DNA from: Basidioascus undulatus
Taxonomy: Eukaryota
Length of the DNA stretch: 35,710 nt
Direction: 5' to 3'
NCBI GenBank assembly: GCA_000826855.1
Contig: JTLS01000065.1
Coordinates: 1 to 35,710 of the forward strand
The notes below the pieces were generated by a model that was not told the origin of the DNA, searched no databases, and saw only the letters and a list, made by a program, of their open reading frames with translations. A program made the position numbers and the translations under genes. Positions 1-11,129 of this stretch are shown here, piece by piece (positions within the stretch are counted from its first letter, which is position 1; every line of letters begins with the position of its first letter).

Positions 1-1
1 C

Positions 2-442
2 CCCTCGCCCTTCACGGACCCGTCCCTCCCGTCCCCCTCCCCCACCTTTCCCACCGCCGAGCACTACATGATGTACCGCAAAGCCCTCCTCTTCCACGAT
101 CCCGCCTCCGCAGCGGATATCCTCGCCGCGCGCGACCCGGCCAAAGCGAAAGCTCTTGGCCGCGCTGTGGAGGGGTTCGACCAGGCCGTCTGGGACGCCG
201 AGTGCGACGCGATCGTCGAGCGCGCGAGCGTGTTGAAGTTTGAGCAGAATGGGAGGATGCGGAAGGTACTGATGGGGACGGGTGAGTGGGAGCTTGTGGA
301 GGCGTCCCCGTTTGATAGGGTGTGGGGGATCGGGTTTGGAGCGGAGGAGGCGCGGAATAGGGAGATGTGGGGGGAGAATAAGCTGGGGAAGGCGCTGATG
401 AGGGCTAGGGAGAAACTGAAGGAGGAGGGGAAGGGGAAATGA
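2..442 (+). CDS. NADAR (YbiA/DUF1768) family N-glycosidase, 5'-truncated at window edge
   Basis: Open frame from base 2: ...FPTAEHYMMYRKALLFHD...KALGRAVEGFD...LVEASPFDRVWGIG...WGENKLGKALMRAR*, the characteristic NADAR motifs. Confidence 0.93.
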   Translation, partial: PSPFTDPSLPSPSPTFPTAEHYMMYRKALLFHDPASAADILAARDPAKAKALGRAVEGFDQAVWDAECDAIVERASVLKFEQNGRMRKVLMGTGEWELVEASPFDRVWGIGFGAEEARNREMWGENKLGKALMRAREKLKEEGKGK

Positions 443-776
443 GATGCAAATGTCGAAGAGGACTGCGTAGGACCATTGCGTGGTGGGCCGCATAGAGAGT
501 GCAGGCACAGTCTCCAGGAGGGAATGTAAATGGATGAACAGCGCTTGATGGGGGCTGCTTTCAGCGTCCGCACTTTTAATTGTGCAATACAAGACCCAGC
601 AGATTTCCATGTCGGTGCTCATTGTGTAGAGAGAAAGCACTGCGTCTACAAGACAAAGTAGTTGGACGTTTGACGGACAGCTGCACACAGCGCTGCACGG
701 GAAGTGACAACGATAAGCTGCTGCCAACATCGCGCTGCGTTCATTTGTGTGGAGATGCGAAGATACAATGATCAGT

Positions 777-1089
777 CTACATGCGTCGTAAATTTACCCT
801 CGCGTAACCTAACCTAGTCCACACGCCGATGCCCCTTTCCTCAAACGTTACCTTCGCCCGTTCGAAACCTTTCAGTTGCTCCGAAGTCCACCTGCAAGAC
901 TCGCAAATTCCGATTCTCACAACCCTCAGACGAGGCATGTGTGAAGGCCCGAGACTGTTCAAGAAGGCTTCCATACATTTGGGGTGGTTGAATCCGAAGT
1001 TTTGGTTGCCGGAAACGACGACCCGCAGGCTGGCGAGCAGTGGATGAACCAATGTCTCGAGAGGGGGGCGTGAGGTGAAGGAGGCAAGC
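777..1089 (-). pseudogene. Possible C-terminal remnant of an LRR/F-box-type protein
   Basis: Reads like a leucine-rich C-terminus (LLASLRVVV...MPRLRVVRIG...FEERGIGV) but has no upstream exons or ATG; upstream frame closed by TAG. Confidence 0.25.
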
Positions 1090-1955
1090 GGCTAAGCGAC
1101 AATACGGGCGCTGCGAGTCAGGATGCCGTCACAGCCAGGGTCACAGTTTTGTTTCGGAAAGTTGTCTGGTTCACCTCAACGACATGTGAGAGATACCCAT
1201 TTAGTGCACTAGATGGTAAGCCGAAAGATCTATTTTGGTCACTGAGACAGGCAGCTTCCAGCATGCGTCTGCTGGACAGCTCCGACTTAACCCCCCGGCC
1301 TATGTAGATGCACCGTCGATAACCCAGACAAATCGAAAGTGCTCATAATCATTAACCCAAAATACCATTCTACAAACGTGGAGGGTTGGGCTTTCTTAAT
1401 GAAGATGTCGAAACCGGAGGCTGCGCGGACTGGCGACGAAAGGCAACAGCAAAAAAAGCAAACGCGTCCGCTGCGCGCTCCCTGTTTGTGCGTGCCTCTC
1501 CTTCGCGTCCTGCTCTGCACATTCTTGAGATCGCGCCCGCGTCTCCCTCCCTCGCTTCACATTTCCACCCAGCAACAATGGCGACTGTTCTTTGCTCTCG
1601 AACCACACCGTGCACGCGTCCTCGCCGTGGCACGCTCAACGACCTCAACGACGTGCACCACCCCCCCGATAGCGACGAAGAGGACGACGCGATAGTCAGC
1701 AGGCCTGATTCCGCATAACAGTGTTCGAGACTCGGAGGTGATTCTTGGAGGGAAATCCAAGGGCTGCAAGCGTTTCCATGGGGACTCGGTCAGGTTAGTA
1801 CATTTCCCGTTGCCCCTTGGCTCCGAATGACCGACCCAAGCCTACGTGCAGTCGACACTCGACCGACCTACGCACCGCCTTCATACTGGTTCTCGATCTT
1901 ATTCTCCTCACAAAGCATCGAGTTGCCGTCCCACACGCTCTCCCTACCCCCCGCG

Positions 1956-3175
1956 ATGTTTGCCCAAATCCGCCCACACTCGTCCCCGTCGCCGTCCACG
2001 CCGACGCGCTCCCCCCTGGCGCCCTTTCACCGCTGCTACTGCGGCGCACCGCCCTCCTCGCCCGCCTCCATCTACTGCTCGTCCCTCTGCGCGCGACAAG
2101 ACGCCCTCGCGGCCCTCACCGCCAACGCGCCCGCCGCGCCGCCGCCGCCCTCCTTCGAGAGCTTCTCGGCCGGCTTGGGCCTCGGCATCACGGGCGTGAG
2201 CCACTACCGGCGCGTGTGGCGCGCGGACGAGGAGTACTGCGAGCGGAAGGAGAACCAGCGGAGGAGGGACAAGCGCATACGGGGGTTGGAGAAGTGCATG
2301 AGGGAGGCGAGAGAAATGTGCATTCTCCTTGTTCCCCACAGCGCGTTGCGATACTGACGGTAGTGCGTTCGTTATGCGTGCGCCCACCATACAGATTCGG
2401 ATCTGATGACTCTTCTTCCCCCGATCCATGCGCCGACTCAAAGCAGTCGGTGCTCCTCCCGCCGCTTCCCGTCTCCCCGCGCTCGGCACCCCCGACGCAA
2501 TCCGCCTTTGCCCTCTCCTCCCCTTCTTCACCTCCACCCACACGACCTTGCTCGCCCATCGCACGTCAACTCACCCCTTCGACCCCGCCATCGCTCACGC
2601 ACTCGCGTAACTCCTCCCTCGCCTCTACAACGTCTACCCTCTTCTCCACCACATCCATCTCCACCGCCGCGACGTTCGTCTCCCTCGCCTCAACGTCCTC
2701 CTCCTCCGCCCTCACGCGCTGCCGCTCCAAGGCAGAGCGCGCGCGCGCAGGCCGCGCGCTCAGCTCCGCGCCGTCCACGCACAGCCCGTGGGAGTACGAC
2801 GTCTTCGTAAACGCGTGCAGCCCAGAGCTGGAGCACATGGAAGTCCTCGCGGAGGAGCCCGAGTCGCCGACGCCGGCCCTCCCGCTCTCCCGAACCCCGC
2901 CACTCAAGCGAAACCTCCTCGCGGCCCCCTTCCCTCCCTGCACTCGCTTCACGCCCTATCCCTCCACATCCCCACGCCTCCTCCCGAGCTCGCCCGGGCG
3001 CACGCCCCCCCTCGCACACCGCCGAACAGCCGGCGGGCTGCCAGTATTTTTGGAGGCGGAGGGTTTCAGGGAGCTCGCGAACGGGAGGGCGTGCGAGATC
3101 GAGGACGTCGTGCTCTGCATGGAGGACGTTCTGCGCATTGCGGATGTCGCGAGGGGTCAGGGGAAGGTCGCTTGA
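1956..3175 (+). CDS. Ecl1/2/3-like zinc-motif protein with Ser/Pro-rich C-terminus
   Basis: ATG 1956; CYCG-x7-IYCSSLCARQD resembles the Ecl1 Cx2C...YCSxxC..D motif; one intron 2318..2394 (GT..CAG) joins the two ORF frames in phase; stop TGA 3173-3175. Confidence 0.6.
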
Positions 3176-3560
3176 TGGAGGGACGGGCCCGCGGGTAGGC
3201 CAGGATTGAAGTCTAGATGGGCCGCATGGGACACTTTCTTTTTACTTCGGCGTTGATCGCTGCTTTGTTCTCTTTAACATTATCATCTTTTCTCGCATCG
3301 TTTGTTCTCTGTTGTAATACTGCGTAGATTCGGTTTCGAGCCGATGCACACTAATCGCAAATGAACCGACTGTGTACAATCGCCTCCATTTTCTTCATGA
3401 TTGCTCCTTGTCAATCTTGCCTGTTGTGAAACCCTGCCCCCGAGGTGGCTCGCCAACGACTCTCCGGACACGGGCCAACATCTCCAGCCTTTCCGTCGCA
3501 GGTCGCTGCTCATGTGCGGCTGTACCTAGCCTACTCAGGCTGACCCACGCTGGCCCCAGG

Positions 3561-4852
3561 CGGGAGGAGCTCATTGCACAGCGAGACGTCGGGCGAAACC
3601 GACTGCGCCATGACGTGCTGTACGCTACTGAGTTACGAAAATCTTGAAGATTTTATCAAGGACCGCACCGACGTCTCGAATCGGCCGAAATCGATCCAGT
3701 CTCGGACAAGTGCTTGATCTGGATGATTGATAGTACTGCGGTGCGGCCCGAAAGCGTCCCCTGCGTGATGGTGTCGCCGGCGAACGATCAAGAAAGTCTG
3801 GGGGCGGGCGGGTCGAGGGTGCCGCAGAGCAATCCTCTACTTGCATGGCGGGTGAGTCTTCACGATCGAATTCCTGTTCCCCACTAGCTTCCAAGGACAC
3901 AATCTCTGGAACAGAGCATATTTAGTCGGCAGCCCGCTTGGCCGCCCCGGCGCGCAGTCGTTCGTGAAGTGTTGCCCAGATGTTTTCTTCCTCGGCGTCT
4001 CGTAACGGTTTGCAACCGAAAGTTCAAGTGAGTGCTGCCTGCTTCCGGTAGTTCTTCTCTCCTACTCACTACCCTATTTATGTGGAACACCGTGCTGAGT
4101 GGCCCGCTCCTTTGCAGGATGTCCTCGCTGCGTATCTTCAACTGCTGCAGCTTAGTTTCGCCGCAGAGAACATCCTTGTTTTAGGAGGTGGGCCTCTCAT
4201 GCCCCGATCCCTTCAACCAATTCTCGCGCATGAGGCTGACGTGCGACAACGCGTACGCAGATTCTTCCGGCGGGCATCTTGCAGTTGCACTTGCGCTATA
4301 CATTGCGGACCTTGCCGCTGCGGGAAGAAAGATAAATCCTGCAGGCTCTCTAGTGCTCGTATCGGTAAGCATTGTTGACGTCCTAGCTGGTCCCTGAAGA
4401 GGCCATTATCTCAAAAAGCATTGAAAACAGCCCTGGGTCGACATGACTTCTTCGCTTCCGTCCATCGTCACGAACGCGCAAATCGGCTACCTCCCGCCAT
4501 GTCCGCGCGTCCTACCCCGTCCGAGCCACGTTCCGCCGCGTACCACATCTAATTGGGCACCGGTGCATCAGTCCCGCACTCTCTCCGGCCGAGACGTTCA
4601 ACCCGTTAGCGGAGGCGGGCGTCCAGGCGTTCATCCTGTGCGGCGGTCCTTCGGGACGAGAGCCTCGTGCTTGCTGAGAAGATGAGGGAGGCAGGCATGA
4701 GGGTCAAGACCACCGTCCTGGAGGGCGAGGTGCATGCTTGCTGGGTTATGAGAATGAAGGCGTGGCAGGATGCAAGAGGTTGGGGAGATGTTGGATGTTA
4801 CGGTCGCATAGAGCTTCTCTGCCTACCCCTGGAATTCTTCCGGACAGCTTAA
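3561..4852 (+). pseudogene. Decayed HSL-family alpha/beta-hydrolase (esterase/lipase, steryl-acetyl-hydrolase-like)
   Basis: Motifs AILYLHGG|AY (3823-3925), FLGVS*RFATE (TAA 4003-4005 where Tyr of YRLAPE is expected), WPAPLQDVLAAY, G|DSSGGHL, LVS|PWVDMT, ISPAL, GEVH; at least three frameshifts and loss of the usual GGxE catalytic acid codon. Start boundary approximate. Confidence 0.85.
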
Positions 4853-5204
4853 GTAGAATTCGCTGCCGTCAAATAAGTTGAAGCTCATTCACGTTCCCAC
4901 AAGCAGGATGGTGATAGTGATCGCGCGATGGCAGTTGTTGTGAGCAAAGAAAGCGCGAAAATGAGATTACAAAGCCCGTATGAAGCCAAATAGACTGCGA
5001 GAACTCTCAGAAGGAGAGCGATATTGGCTGTCCGGGACTGGACGACCGGCAAAATGGCGATGGTTGAGTACGAGTGTGAAAAGGAGGCGAGCCCGAAGCA
5101 CGGCGGACGATCGGACGGTGCTGGCTGATAAAGGACAGCATATCCTTCTTGTATCGCACCCTTACATCCTATGCTCGCCGACCCACCCGACCCCATGCCC
5201 CAGC

Positions 5205-6590
5205 TTAGTCCGTCTCCATCCTGTCCCCCTGCCCCTCGCCCTCTCCGCCCCTCCGCGCCTGGTCTCCGATCGCCCGCAAGAACGCCTCCACGCCCGCAGC
5301 AGCCTCGCGCGGGAGCCCAAGCTGCTCGACGAGCGCGCCGAGCGCGCCCGTGTTCAGGACCTGCTCGAGCGAGCGCACGGACGCTTGGAACTGCGGCGAG
5401 GAGACGAGCGAGCGGATCGCGGACGTGTCATGCGGCTCGGGGAGAGACGGAGGGAGGTGCGGGAAGATGGAACGCCTGGAGGAGAAGAGGGGTTAGTGGG
5501 ACGGCGAAGAGAAGACAAAGTGCGCAGAGACGAACAGGAGGTCGGGGTTGGAGAGGAGTGGGGAGAGCAGGGTAGGGGTGAGGATGTCGGTCAGGTGGAT
5601 GTCTACCAAAGGCATGTGAGTGTTGCCGAGTCACACGAACACGTGCACGCGAAGACGCACCCGACTCGTCCGGCCTCTGTCCCGCGCAGCTCAGCAGCTC
5701 CCTCAATTGCCTCATCTGCTCCGTCGTCATGCCCGCCTGGGCCGTACTCGGCTGAACCCTCTGCGCGCGAGGCGCGGCGGGCGGCACAGGGGGCTCGGTC
5801 CCCGGCAAAGGCGCGGGGGTCTCGAGCGCGCTGTCCCCGCGCTGGACGACACCTGGCACGCGGAGTGGGGTCTCGACGGGCACGCCGCGCGAAGACTGGG
5901 CGAGCGACTCGCGCAGGACGCGCATGAGCACTTCGTCTGAGTCGTCTGCGCCGGGCACGTCGGGCCCTGCGAGCGCGCGGGAGAGCGCGGTGGACCCGGC
6001 CAGCCCGGCGAGGGGCGGGAGGGAGGACGCGGAGGAGGGGTCGTTGATCAGAGTGTTTAGGCGCGTGGCGAGCTCTGAGCGCGTCTCGGCGGGGAGGTCC
6101 GTTTGGAGGTAGAACTTTGTGTGGTGGGGGAAGGTGAGACCGGGATAGAGAGCGAGGGGAGGGGAGCGAGGAAGACGCACAAAGTGCTTGGAGTCGGAGG
6201 ACTCGAAACGGAGGACGTAGACACGACCGGAAGACTCGTCCACCTACGCATCCTTGCCGACGCGTGAACATTCAATTGCACGGCAACAGCCAAATGCATG
6301 CGCACGCACCTTCTCAAACACGCCATCTTGCGGGAAGAGGATGAGATCGTCATGCAGCGTCTGCGTCTCGCGCGAGCGCCAGCCTACTCTCCCGTACAGA
6401 CCAAACCAGCCGTCAGAAACTATAACAATTTGAAGAAATGGATTATGAAAGTGGGGTACGACGCACCGAGATGGATGAGGTCGTCCTGCACCTCGAGCGT
6501 GAGCAGGCCCTTCTCGGGATTGCTCTCGACCCGGTTCGTCTCGTCTACGCGGAAAGACCGCCCGGCTTTGATCGAAATCAGCGGTGCCAT
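5205..6590 (-). CDS. RPN13: 26S proteasome ubiquitin receptor Rpn13/ADRM1 (Pru + DEUBAD domains)
   Basis: MAPLISIKAGR...DDLIHL|GWRSRET...DDLILFPQD...SGRVYVLRFESSDSKHF|FYLQ (Pru); DIHLTDILTP...SPQFQASVRSLEQVLNTG...GVEAFLRAI...DRMETD* (TAA 5205-5207); 5 GT-AG introns. Confidence 0.93.
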
Positions 6591-7628
6591 ATTGTGATAA
6601 AATACGGATTGGTGTTGGTGCTGGTTGTTGGGAGAAGACAGGCAAGGAACAAGGACCGTGACGGTTGCTGAGAGCTCAAGGCGAGACAGTGGAAGGCCGC
6701 GCGTCATCTCGAGATCGCGAGGCGACACGACCGCGGCCTGAGTCGTGTGAGCTTGGTTGTGGCGTCCAATAAGTCAAATATGGGTGCGCTTCAATTTAAA
6801 GCGGCTTTCCTGGATAAATTACATCCTCTTGCATAGATACGTACCGGGGAGCTCATGCCCTGGGCACCAAGGATGCGGCCGTCGCAGAGGCACCGAAACA
6901 ATCACACGCCGTGGTCATGCAAGCGTGTATTGCTCCTTGACTATCGCGTATGACAAAGAAAACTCACAGTAATTCCTGCTTTACAAAACAGAAAAGAAGG
7001 GGGGCTTGGGCATCGGGTTACTCAAGGTGGTCATGGCAGGCACTTGTGACTGCCCGTCAAATTTTCAGTCCAGCCTATGCCGTCTAACGGCTTCTTATAC
7101 ATCAGAACTTATGTTCTCATGTAGGCACCCTTCAAAATATTTTCTCGGATTAGATCAATCCATGCCCTCAACCTCCAAACGCGTCGCACACTTCATTGCC
7201 TGCTTCCTGCACCAGTGCACCTGCGCCGCACCTCGCTCACCGTGGAGAAGGCCAGCGCGCAGGACCGCTGCATTCCCAGAGGAAGCTCCATATTTTACTG
7301 AACACATAGTTTTATACAGGGTCCGGTTTGCTTGACTCTGCTTGGCGGCAATCCTTTGCGCGCGTCTGCCCAGGTGTGGTGTTCCTTCCTCGACAAGCTC
7401 AATGACGACAGGAGCTGGGAAGGGTGGACTATCCTCTCTCTCAGTCCATACACGTGGGTAGAAGTTGAAGCACTGTTCTAGGATGGTTCACCTTTCGAGC
7501 ACAGACTGAGGCAACGGATCCAGATACCAGGGCAATGAACGCTACTAACGAATTCATGATCAAATTGCATCGCAACGAAAGCCTTCAGGCAGGTATGGGC
7601 AGTCCTGATATTTCTGTTGTTCTCCCGT

Positions 7629-10471
7629 CTACGGCGGGGGAGAAGCGTGCTTGGAGAGGATCTGGTTGAGCTTCGCGCGAGGAATGCAGTTCTCGATCTT
7701 GAACGAGGCGGCCAGTTCGTCGAGCTGCTCGAACGACAGGTCCTTGAAGTAGCTCGCAAGCTCTGAAAGTGTTGTGGTGAGCTTAAAAGGACTCTTCTCT
7801 GAAAACAAGCTATGCGCCCACCGTCTTGGAGCACATCGGCAAGCAGCGTCTGCCGAACAGCGCGTGCGAGGTGCTGCGAAGTTCCCCTGATACCGGAAGA
7901 CGATGAGCTTTATCCATGCTTGTCTGGGATACTGAGGAAGGAACACTCGGTACCATGTTTTTGGATACTTTCCCTTGATCGCGGGTGCCTCCGCCTCGAG
8001 CCATTCCACCACGGGGTCGAAAATTGCTGACAACGAAGCGGGCAAGTCAGCCCAACTATCAGTGTCCCATTGAAGCGAACAATGGTATTTAAAAGGAGTG
8101 TGTTACCTTTCACGTATCTGTCGTCAGTCCCCCACTCGTCGATCGCCAACTTCTTCTTGCGGACGAGCCATGGCTTGAGGTGTTTGATCCAGGCCGACTC
8201 TGGCGAGGTATAGACAATGCCCTGGGAACCGCAGAAATCTAGTCACAAGTAATACCTGCACGTTCGCTCAGAAAGTAACCTGGAAACCGATGTCTGCATG
8301 GCGGGAGGTCAGCGCCAAACGATCTGTGTCCGCCGGTGAGAGTGAGTCACCTTTGTAGAGCCAGATCGTCCACGAGACAGGGCTTTCGTAGTTGTCCTAC
8401 AAAAATAGGTCAGCATGTACCATGGCCAGAAGGAGGCCCGATCCTCACGTAACAAGTCAGCTGTTCGGTAAGAGCAGCGTAACGGGCATCGTTGATCTTC
8501 TCCCAGTCGGCGCCGCCCCAGTCTTCAGTTGCATAGACCTGCAAAAATATGTCAGAGCGAGGGCTCAATTTTGAGCCGTTTGATTTAAACATTATTGAGG
8601 CGAACGCACCGGTCCAAACTCGCCTACAAAGCCGAGCACAAAAGTCGAGCACAGGCGGACTTTTAGCTGTTAACTAATATAACTCGAGCATGGGAAAGTG
8701 AAGCCTCCTACCATTCCAGATAGGGACGTTGTGCTTGCGCACTGCAGTTTCAATACGATATTCAGAGTATGTTTCAGCGCAGTACCACCAACGTCTATGC
8801 AGGGCACGCACTGTACTCGGTCTTGCGATCAAAATCCTTGCGGACCTTGGCCTTGTCCTAAGACGAGCCCTTGTACGTCCGTCCGGCAGGGAAGCCAAAC
8901 ATCTGGAACATTGGCCTTGTGGAAATCCTACGGGCCCTTGGCAGAGATCACATGATACAGAAACATACGGAGTAGTCATGGCAAGCGTAGACGGAGTTGG
9001 GAAGCGGTGGCCCGAAGTGGCTCAGGTCGGCAGCGAACGTGTTGCCGTCTGAACCCCCCGCGTCAGAGCAGGCCAGATCGTGATCAGGTGAAAATAAGCT
9101 CACCCAAAAACAATATGTGATCCGGATCCACCGCTCGGATTGCCTTCTCAAGGCGCTCATAAAATCTGAGCCGGTGCGCAGTTTTGGAGACCTTCAACCC
9201 CCTCAAGTTGTGAAAACGTGAACACTTACGCATTAAGGCGCACGTGCTCCTCGTCACACGGCTCGTTGAGAGGCTGGCGTGTTCAGTATGGATTATGGCA
9301 GTCAGCTTACCGAGTCATACGCACTAGTCCCAGGAGGTTATCAAATATGCTCACATTGTAGCCCGCGATCCAGGGATTGCCGCGGTAGTGACCTGCGATA
9401 GCTTCCCAAATGCGGATCGTCCTATCCTGGAACTCTTTGTAGTCTGTTCATAGGGCAGTCAGCGTGGATGCTTACACGTGTATGTCCGCAGGCGGCGACT
9501 CACCCCACAAGAGTGCCTCAGTCGTGGGGTTGTCGGCGTGCCAATCTAACGGGAGCGGGAGCCAGGTTGGGTTGAATCGAATTTTCACAAATGCCTAACA
9601 AAGAGCTTCTTACCGCCATCTAAGTGTTGTACGGAAACTATCAACTTTGTCCAGCCTTCTGTACAGGCAGAATAAGGCAACGAACGCACTTTGGCCGCCC
9701 GGTGCCGTGTCTGAGCAGACCGCTCAGCCACGCGTGTAGACAACAGAGAAGGAATAAGGCTGAGCTCACGAAGGTCGAGGATTGTATAGATGTCTTGCTC
9801 GGCACACTGTTTGCCAAACCACCCATATTTCATCTCAGGCACCGCCCGTACGTGGAGAACAAAAGAACGCACAAGATTGACGACCCGGTCCAACCACTTG
9901 AACCCGTCCTGTTTAATAACGTCGGGGTTCATGTCGTCCGAAAACCAGCGGTGATTGAATGGGATGCGGAGAGAGTTGAGCCCGAGAGAGGCGAAGAACT
10001 TGCTGTACACATCCTCGACTAGATGAGTGGCAGCGCACAGGACGGGTAGAGGAAATGGCGTACGCGTCCTTCTCAGTGAAGAAGTACTCGAGAAACTGTA
10101 AATTTGATGCATCAGTTTTCATACTAGGGAGAATCAAAGAAGGTCAAGTACCTTGTCGAAGAAAAAGTCATACTTGTCCTCCCCGATCACCCTTTTCAAG
10201 GCAGCACGGTGCTTGGATTCGTGCCCGGGGTAGCCGGTCTGCCACTAAGCTTAGCAAGGAAGTTCAAAGACCGACGCTTTATGAACGCTTACTATGAAGT
10301 TTTCCATGTTCATCCATCCACCCACGCACGACTGTTTCATTCCCACCACTATCAGCAAAGCCGACAAGAAGAGGACAAGACGTTGCGCACCCCTCGAAGA
10401 ACGACAGTGTTGCCGCTGCCGTCAACGATTCTCTTGCCGTCCGTGCGGAGAATGGTAGCCGGAGGAGCCAT
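7629..10471 (-). pseudogene. Glycoside hydrolase family 5, subfamily 22-like (intracellular, beta-xylosidase-type), full length but with one in-frame TAG
   Basis: About 23 exons give MAPPATILRTDGKRIVDG...GGWMNMENFITGYPGHE...FFFDKFLEYFF...LDLHTAPGGQNGDWH...WIAGYNPLNEP (acid/base)...HDYS...PIWNGEFGP (nucleophile)...WTIWLYKDIGFQG...SFKIENC; no signal peptide; TAG at 8858-8860 interrupts the frame. Confidence 0.9.
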
Positions 10472-11129
10472 TGTAGTCAGACTTGAAGGATGTGTTCAAC
10501 TGTTGATTGAGGTTGGTGATGAAGAAGGATGGAAGCAAAGAGCGTCGCCGAGCGAGCCTGACTTTGTAGCGGCCCGCAGAGTCCGGCCCGGGGTGGAACT
10601 CGCAGCTGGAAGTCCAAGCTGAGTCTTGTAGTAGGTACAAGTAGACGCCAACACCAAAATTTATAGCCGGCTCTTACCGAACATAACATTGGGGGAAAGC
10701 ACAGGAACACACCGACCTCTTGTGGGACCGGACGTCCATATTAGGCAATCCTGGGCAAGCCGGGTTGGGTGACAACGCAGGCTGTCCAGGTCACGAGGGT
10801 ACCGAGCCTACGGCTGTTTTATTGAAGGGTGCTTCAGGACCTACAATCTGGCTTGGGTTGGCTCCACCTTACAGTACCGAGCTCGCGTGGAATCGCTGTC
10901 GTATCCATTTGGGGTGTCTCGAAAAGAGCCGTCTCCGTGTCCACTTTTGGAGTTCCGGAGGACTGCCCAGACTGAACTTCACGCGTGACTAAAAACTTGT
11001 CTTGCCAATGTGTGGACGCAGTCCTTTATGAAGGGCGTACGAAGTGAGCGCGCACACCCATCTCAGCACCTTTCTGATCGTGTCTTCTCAATTCATCTCG
11101 CCTCCCACCTCGCCCCACCGCACTTCAAC
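10472..11129. promoter_or_regulatory. Bidirectional promoter region of the GH5 / sugar transporter pair
   Basis: 658-bp gap between two divergent ATGs; TATAAA on the minus strand at 10660-10665; pyrimidine-rich leaders ahead of both ATGs. Confidence 0.6.

Noticed and set aside
6970..7600. Residual + strand intron signals and ORF pieces between RPN13 and GH5
   Set aside because: Could be another gene remnant but no family or continuous frame is supportable.
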